Assembly (NCBI GenBank): GCA_951406725.2
Contig: OX597819.1
Span: 27,094,001 to 27,158,000 of the forward strand
Source: Octopus vulgaris
Lineage: Eukaryota
Reading direction: 5' to 3'
Length of the DNA: 64,000 bases
Shown: one piece after another, positions 55,490 to 64,000 of the stretch
How positions within the stretch are numbered: position 1 is the stretch's first letter
Layout of the letters: each line of letters begins with the position of its first letter
The notes under the pieces: model-generated
What the model was told of the DNA's origin: nothing
What the model saw: the letters and a program-made list of their open reading frames with translations, nothing else
Database searches by the model: none
Translations under genes and position numbers: made by a program

Positions 55490-57714
55490 ACACATTCTCA
55501 GGAAGGTACCCTCTCTTCTCCCTTCCATTCGACCTACAGACGCACACTTAGAGTATGCCTATTCACATGGGCCATTCTTGCCATATTCACCCACCTTTTA
55601 ACGAACTAACTGGATAACAGTACCACCCTCTCCACCCTCATTTTCCTTTTCAGGTGGAACCTGAAAAATTCAATGAGGCCTTGGCCAAAAAGGAAGGTGC
55701 TCGTCTTCAATCCTTTCAATTGCGTCCACTACACAATCTCGTTTGCCATAGCCACCAAACAGAGAAAAATTGTCCTCCCTTCCTGGCCAAAAGAAGGAGG
55801 CGGGGCGATCTTCATAATGGACCCAGACGATAGCAGGATCCGTCCTACATGAGACAATAAGTTCACGGCCCGAAAGTCCTCGAGAAGAGACTAGCCAGTT
55901 GTTACCCCTCGACGCCCAGAACCTCTCCGAGTATGTCTTCGCTCTTGCCCTCCACTAATCCCCTATAAAACTGTATCTTCATCGAGGAGACGAGCTGTGG
56001 AAAAGGCGTTCAACAAACGGTGACCACACCTGCTCACCGTTAAGGTATCGCTGGAGATGTCGCAGTCTTAATGCATGTCTGTGCATCCTCAGCCACGGTA
56101 TGCCCAGTCCTCCATGCAAAGAGTGCTGACAGTAAATGGACCGTCAGGAAGCGGAAGAGCAAACACACCAGCCCGTTCAACCACGAAGTGGAGTAAGTGA
56201 CGACGGTCAGGCGGTACTATATGACGGATGCGATGTACCCATTCGCCACCTCCGTCCGACATTTGAGGAACAGCTTCTTCTCGGCCCATTTCTGACTGAG
56301 ACTGGCCATCCTCTCTGTCACCTCGCTCCAGTTCTTGTCCGCTTGGAGATCCGGACCGAACCAAACACCGAGCAATTTAACAGGTCCTTCCTTCCAGCGC
56401 CTCACAACGCTGTTGGTTGGCATGTACCTACCTTTTCAAGTGCTGAGCTGCAGACTTACTGACTTCTCCTGGTTTATCATTGCTCTTGTCACTACTTCCT
56501 ATTCCTTGTCACGGTGACGTCGTCCGCATGCGCCGACACGAACCATCCGCATCCTAGTTCACGTGGGAATCCCCTCGAAACTTCCAGCTTTCGCAGTAAT
56601 GTCTCGACTGCCAGTACTTAGAGAAGGGGTTGGAGTGGGTATCCTTGACGAACCGAACGTGCGATATTAAACGATTCCAAGAGGTGGTTAGTTACGTTGA
56701 CTACCGAACAGATGTCACTGTACATTGCAGCGATCCGGCGTCTGAAAATGGGACCGAAACCAGCCGCCTTGAGGACAGCCTCCAAGTATAGATGGTCAAC
56801 CCTATCAAAAGCTTTCGATTGATCCAAATGGATCAGAGCCCCACCCATGCCAGGTTCTTTACCAACCCTCTCTATGATGTATGGAGTGAGGTGATGGTTA
56901 TCGCGTATAGTTCTGCTGGGGATAGCGCAAGTCTGTGTATTACCCACCAGTCTGTCAACGACAAGCGCCAACCTATTTGCTAACACCTTGATCAAAATTT
57001 TGTAATCTATATTTAGTAGTTACCGGCCTAAAGTTATCAACAATGTCCCCTTTCTTCGGGTCCCTTCTCAGTAGCGTTACCACACTTCGGCTCACAGATC
57101 CAAGTATTCTCCCATTCTGCTGCCAGTTGCAGTAGACATCTCCAAAAAACTCACCAAACAAGTCTGACATATGTATGAAGGGCAGACCATCCAATCCCGG
57201 AGACCTCACCCTCGTGCAACTAGCCAACGGGTTACGTATATCTTCAGTTGTTGTCGGTATTTCGCAGAACACCACGTTCTTGGCCGAAAGTCGCGGCATA
57301 CTATCAGGGTAGGAAGTGAAGTTCACTTCCGCCGCCGGGCCACCGCGCGCCCCGTACAGTTCAGCAAAGTGCCGCTGAAATTCCGCACAAATTTGCTTCG
57401 ACTCGTGTAGTATGCGCCCATCCAGACCCCTCAAAGACCGAATTGTAGTTTTAATTCGACGTTGCGCCTCGACCACCCTGGCACATCGAACGGCTTTCGT
57501 CTCCCCCCCCCCCCGTTTTAAAGCACGTGCCCTATCTCTGACAATGCAAGCTTCATGCTTGGTGTTGAGGAATTGAATCAGAACCAATCTCGCTTCCAGT
57601 ACGTCGGTCGCTATGCCTCTACTGAGTTCCTCTTTTAATTTCCTAACTAGATCTCTCTCTACTATGGTCTTCTCTATGACTAGTTCTCTGCTAAATTCTA
57701 CAGCTTCTACTCTC
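55490..57714 (-). pseudogene. Tx1/L1-clade LINE ORF2 (RT region), frameshifted and 5'-truncated
   Basis: SPGLDGLP, NFRPVT, KVLANRL, LDQSKAFDRVDH, VRQGYPL, AHADDV, VKLLGVWFG. Confidence 0.92.
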
Positions 57715-57778
<64 letters not shown>

Positions 57779-58394
57779 TAATACAAACTTTTTTTTAATG
57801 TAATCCGAAGGTTTAAAACAAACTTTTTTTTAATCTATGTATTAGACATTCACTGGTACAACACAAAAAAAAACCCAAATATATGGCACACTAGGCATAA
57901 CAACAACGTGAACTTCCAACCTGTTGTCTCTTGAGGTCTCTGGGTGAGACTTGGAGCCAACTTGTACAGACATAAAGCAAAAGTCAAACATAGAATAATA
58001 ATAATAATGATAATTGCCTTGTTCATAAACAAAACATTACTAGAAGAAATAACAAAGAAGTCATCGTTGTTTTGGTTTATGATTTCATTTTCTTTTAAAA
58101 CATCTTTTACATAAAGCACGTCAATGTACCTTGATATTTGTTTGTTTTTGTTTTTTAGATAACGTCAGTCTTCACAATTACTTATAAAAAACATGACAAA
58201 AACAAAATAAATAAATAAAAATACGATCTCAGACTCTGTCAATGAATATATGGAAAAGCTTATACAAATATTTGTTTTGATTTTTGTCTCATCTGTTTTG
58301 GGATCTCATTTAAGGTACATGCATTGTATGAAAATGTTTAATAAAACAATTTGTTTTTATTAGCACCGAACATTAGATATTTGGGCATACCTAT

Positions 58395-58740
58395 ACGAGT
58401 GTGCCTACCGCTGACTTTATTATGTATTTATATATATATGTATTAAATTCCGGTATTATCGTAATCAACCCAATCTTAAAGATATTTGTAGAAAATTTCA
58501 ATAAAAAAATTCTCACTTTTCTGAAATTTATGAGGAAACAAATTTGAATCATATGAATTATCAGAAATCCTAAGAATTATCAGAAATCTTCTCCACAACC
58601 CCCGAAAAAAAATTTTCACAACAGATTCTTTTATAATCAAAATTAGCACCATTCTTGTGGGCATTTGTAGAAAAGTTCAAAAAGGGTGTCCATTTTTCTA
58701 ATAGTTATGGGAAAAGAATGTCAGGTAGGAGTACACTCGT
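58395..58740. mobile_element. MITE with imperfect TIRs
   Basis: acgagtgtgcctaccgctgac ... gtcaggtaggagtacactcgt; AT-rich interior. Confidence 0.6.
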
Positions 58741-60574
58741 GTAAGTATATCGATATTTGAATTCGTTAATGCCACATTCATGGTTGTAAGGTCCATCAAT
58801 TACTTTCTTTCCATGTCTTCACAGTTAATCGTGAGATAAAAAAAAACATATTTTCGTAAAATACAAAAAATAGCGACTGATACGTGTCGACCTCCATAAA
58901 ATATATATACATTTTAATATTAGATATGTTTATGCAGGGACTATTGTTGTTTGCTGTATAAAGATGTGATGTATGTAATAAACAAAATAATTGTGGATGA
59001 AGTGTTTAACAGTTGTGTGATGTGGTCCCAGTAATTCCACATTTTAAGATGTTGTTTTTCAGCCCCAACTTAGTTCTGATCAAATACACATAGGACCAAA
59101 GGAAGTCCTGTTCTGCACTTTCCGTCATTTGTTTTTTTTTTCATTCATACAGCGTACATAGGACCACCTTAATCAATAATATACTTTATTTTTTAAGCAG
59201 CAAAGTACAATATGAAGGAAACTTTCAAGCAGATCAGACGAGCACACTGAGGTTCATTCGATGGCTCACCTTGCTTTAAATCGATGTTAATTTAAGCGGT
59301 GAATTCCGCATATATTTCGATAGTACCGTATAAATTACCGGAGTCATTCCTTAAAGAAAACTGAATCCTACCGTTTCCTACTATATGAAAATAGAAAACA
59401 ATTGACAGAGCAAGTGACGGAGGGGGATAATTGGTTCTATGCTTATTTTCGGTCATGATACTTTAAAAATAAATACATTTTCTACTATAGTACCATTAGT
59501 AATGGTACATGATGTTAGATAATAAAATAGCAATTAGTATTTTTGACAAAAATATTTCCATACACAAAAAGTAAATTCTTTATAAACATTTTTTTAATGT
59601 CTTCAGGCATCGTTTGTTTGTTATAATTTTTATATCAGCACTATTTTATTTTATATACATTTATTGATTTCAAAGATGAAAAAAATAAACTTAATTGCAA
59701 CATGTTGATGTAGAAAGGGTTGATCCAGATCAATCCTTTTCAAATCAGAACTACGGTCAAAAATATTTTAGTCATAAGATATACAGACTGTTTCAATATC
59801 TAGAACTAGATTGTCCAATGTAATGCTTCATTTATAAGCAGTAAAGTGTCCCTTTGGCTGCTATTTGTGAGACAGTAGATGTAGAGCTATCGTAGTGAGT
59901 CCTATGTGAACTTGGGTGCTCTGAATGATGTCCTTGTCGGTCTAGTGTATAAAGCGATATTCTTATAGTATATAAGATAAGGTAACTCCATACAAATCCT
60001 GTATTTTGATAACAACTGCGCTCGTGGCACTTGTTGCACGAGACCAATACATGTTTGAAGGACATGGTTTACTCTGCGCAAACCATGCCCAGAATAATGG
60101 TATACATTGTGCAGGTTGTTCAGCAAACCAAGACACCTGACCCAATATCATCACACCTTTTTCACAAGTCTAGTGATGACAGGTTGAGAAGTGATGGAGA
60201 CAGGTAGAAAATGCAACTGGAAGTATTCAGCTTTGACTCTACATACAATCGGCCATTAGGTGATGGTCGTTTTTAAGCTGTGTCTAGTTGAACAGGCGTT
60301 CATGAATACGAGTAGATAGTTCCTCACACCTTTGAACATGGAACAGACGTTTCATATATGATGTTTGGCTGAACTATTGAAAGAAGTAATGAAGCAAAAT
60401 ATGTTGTTAGAAAATCATTTTTCAGAAAATACATTTCAGGGTGAAGATTGAATTCAGTGGGCGTATTCACGAAGATGAATTTAGAATAATAAAAAACAAA
60501 ATGGTGAATAGAGGGTCGATTGAAATTCAAACAACTGTTTTACGAAATTAATGTTTGTATGGATTTCTTACAAG

Positions 60575-60762
60575 GCCAGCAGTTGTAAGAGGGCTGCGGC
60601 AAGTCGATTGCATCCACCCCAGTTCTCAACTGATACTTATTTTATCGACTCTGAGAACGACAAAGTCGACCTCAACGGAGTTTTAACTCAGAACGTAAAG
60701 ACAGACGAAATGACGCTAAGCATTTTACCCGGTGTGCTAACGAATCTATCAGCCCACCGCCA
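60575..60762 (-). mobile_element. SINE family A, diverged
   Basis: Similar to the other family A copies. Confidence 0.8.
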
Positions 60763-61449
60763 TCATTTATTTAATTTACGAAAATATAGAGGATTCTCTA
60801 GTCGGATTTGATGTAGGATGATTTAGCAACCAATATCATAATTGTTAGATTACTCACATAGATAATGTGTCTTCAGTTGTGAAGGCCTGTCTAGAACCAT
60901 CCATGCATTTTGCTGATAGCAAACATTTGCAACGAACTGAATACGTTTCCATCTCCTGAGTTAGTTTACTTCACTACGACTTAGAGTCCCATCTCTTGAC
61001 AGGCTAAATGCCTACCGAGGTGTTCTTTCTTAATTTAAGATGTTATGGTAGGATTGGAAGGAAATTTTACTACTACTCCTAGCAAATCTATCAACCACAC
61101 TTGAGCTTCTTTTAATTGGCTTGCAAGCAGACTTGGTCACTGTTGTCGCTTGTTAGACGCAGATCAACTTTGATTAACAAAATCTATATAAGATCTTGCA
61201 GCAGTGACTATCACGCCTTTTTTGTACTTTGAGAATTATATTATCCACTTATTCTTTCTTTTAAGTGGTAGGGTGTTACTTGAGGGACATTTAACTGCTA
61301 TTTTAAGCAAATTGAGCAACCATGTAAATGTTCCTTTCTCAAACATTGAGACCAGCCAACGTACATTATCGTCACCTTACATAGTGAAAAATATAATTCG
61401 GCAGCAATGAAGTAGGCACACATGTTGATGCTCTTATCTACCAGTCAAC

Positions 61450-61502
<53 letters not shown>

Positions 61503-62269
61503 TTATTCGTTCGATTCCATTCCAGCAAAAAAGTGTAAGAGTCACTTCCATTTCGTTATTTGAGAGAGATGGTTAGCGTAAGTAAGAAGCGATATGTTTA
61601 CTTAGGGAGGGTGAGAGAGATGATGAGATAGAGAGCTGAAATTATTTCCATTATATATATATAAATATACTTACATAAGCTCCATTGCAATAAGATTTTT
61701 TTTTAAGTAAGAAACTATAATAAAATTCAGTCAGGTATGGACCTATCCAACTACAAACATTAACTGGCTTTACCATACTTTTGCATTTATAAAACAAAAA
61801 TTTTCGTCATTTTTTTTATATATATTCCCCAATGATGAATAACGGTCAATTTAGTGCGAAAAATACTGCATCAAATCACCGGAATAGCAGAGACACTGAG
61901 AGGAAGTGGTGGCCATCCTAGAAATTCGTAAATATTTTACTCTAGCCGGGTGGTTTTAAATATATATAAATGTATTTCACATAACTAGTAAGAAAAAAGA
62001 CAATGTATTTATGCTTTAAAAAAAGCGGGGCAGATATATCGATGGTGGAAAAATTCGGAACGAATACGAAATATCACTTTTTATGTATGTTTAAGAATTG
62101 AAATATAAAATCATAACAATTATAAAATAGCAGAGGCTTTTGCGAATTGTATACTAAACGTTAAGACGACACTAAAAGTAGATTTTTTTTCTTTTTAATG
62201 AAATGGTTTGGTTAAAACGATATGCATTGCAGATGCTTGATTTAGGCACAAAAACAAATATAAGTTATT

Positions 62270-62752
62270 TATGTTATATTCCCCGTTAACTGTGACTTTG
62301 TTACAAAGATTTTAATTACAAATGCAAATTAATGGTTAAAAAAAAAAGGTCTTGTTTGCGACAATATAAACAACGTAAGCAAATAACCAGTAAAAGATGC
62401 ACAGGTTAAGACAGTATATATCATGGATGTTATCCTGATAAATGTGACTTAATCATTATAAAGATATTATACATCAAACATTTAAATCTCCTGTAAATGT
62501 GACTTTGTGAAGGCAATGTACATCATGGATGTTATCCTCAGTAAACACAACTTGGTGTTAAGGATTGACATCATACACTGAAACGTCTGTTGAAAGTGAG
62601 TTCAGCTGGTAAACACAATATAAATAATGTAAGCAAATCTCCGACAAAAGTGTTTCATAGTGAATTCCGTATATATTATGCATGCTAGTTGCAGGTTTAT
62701 GTGAGTTGGTTATAACAGTGAACGTTATGTAAGCAATTCTCCGATAGACGTG
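62270..62752. repeat. Highly degenerate ~51-bp tandem repeat
   Basis: catggatgttatcct twice ~102 bp apart; gtaagcaa(a/t)t three times; tgtgactt three times. Confidence 0.6.
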
Positions 62753-63693
62753 ATTTTAATACAACAATATTTATGTGTATATATATATATATATATTTAT
62801 GTATATATATATGTGTGTGTGTGTTTAAGTGAAACCTTCTCTAAACGTTGCTTGATTAATACGATGTATATATACAATATTGATATTCACTCCCAGCGAT
62901 ATGGGTTTGGTGACGATATCAAATATAAATGAAAAGTGGTTTGGTTGAGACAGTTTATATTGTAAATACAAAATACAAACTCCCGTTAAAACTTCAGTTC
63001 TTTACTTCAATATGCAGTGTAGAAAAATTTTCCAAAGTAAAAAAAAAAAATTGTTCCTCCATGATTATATATATGATTAAAACATATTTCAGTAAGATGT
63101 GGGTTAAGAAAATATACGTTGTAAATCTTAATTTCTGATCAAAATTGATTTGATTATGATGTATGATGAGTAATATTTGGTAAGTAGAGATTGACAAGAT
63201 ACTCCATAATGATTCAAAACTTGTGTCAGATATTGATTTGATGGTCTGTGAAATATGTTGTAGATTGATGAGTTTCGTTTAAAGAATCTCTGGCATCATT
63301 TAAAGTAGCAGGAATGTTAGGTCATTGGTGAATATTTTGAGCTTTTTCATATAAACAAGATGGTGGCTCGGATTAAAAGACTGTGCTTCTCATATTTTGA
63401 GTTTGAAGTTTTCTATTACTGTATTTATTTATATTTTCCTTTGTTCTTCTTCTTCTTCCTTGTGCAACAGTCGTAAACACTTAAGAGCTATTGAATGTAG
63501 ACCTTTTCTGTTCCTTTTTTTTTTCCTTTCTATAAAGTTATGATAGAATAATAATAACATAATACAAAAAGTAAAATGCCATTTGTTAGATTGCATAGTA
63601 TGCTGTGTGGAGACGAAGTATGTTTTGAATGATTGCAACGAACAGGATGTTCAGCGTTGCACAATCAAAGTGACATAAAAATAGGGAATTTCA

Positions 63694-63750
<57 letters not shown>

Positions 63751-64000
63751 CATAATATATATACATAATATATATACATACATATATACACACACACATA
63801 TATATATATGATGTGTATTTACATTACATGTACAATACACAGGGAGACTGAGATTTATATAAAACTTCTGTAAAACTTACTTCCAGCCATTCATGCATAC
63901 ATTTACGCATAGTTAACATGTATGCACTGAATCACGCTTACATATACATACAATCTATGCTTACATATACATTTGTAATATGCAGCTAGCATTTTGGTCA

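Noticed and set aside
56618-57716. Active reverse transcriptase gene or prokaryote-type RT system
   Set aside because: Frameshifted, truncated Tx1/L1 LINE with YADD changed to HADD

Overview
AT-rich, repeat-saturated eukaryotic intergenic or intronic DNA. The SINE repertoire and very high microsatellite density point to a cephalopod, probably Octopus (inference). No intact protein-coding gene is supported: most listed ORFs are translations of (TA)n, (CA)n, (TACA)n, (AAT)n and (GAA)n. The window holds many copies of three tRNA-derived SINE families, decayed LINEs (CR1-like, Tx1/L1-like, R4/Dong-like), a mariner pseudogene, MITEs, Helitron-like elements, a Penelope GIY-YIG remnant, one full-length 5S rRNA copy and several tandem arrays. 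The main signal is about a dozen minimal type-I hammerhead ribozyme (HHR) motifs of several subfamilies, intact or decayed, inside Penelope-like non-autonomous repeats. One family is a chimaera: tRNA-derived Pol III head + trinucleotide linker + HHR-bearing Penelope-like tail (19490-19764 and 38583-39303, the latter with an inverted tail copy upstream). All coordinates and folds were read by eye; no database search or folding program was run.
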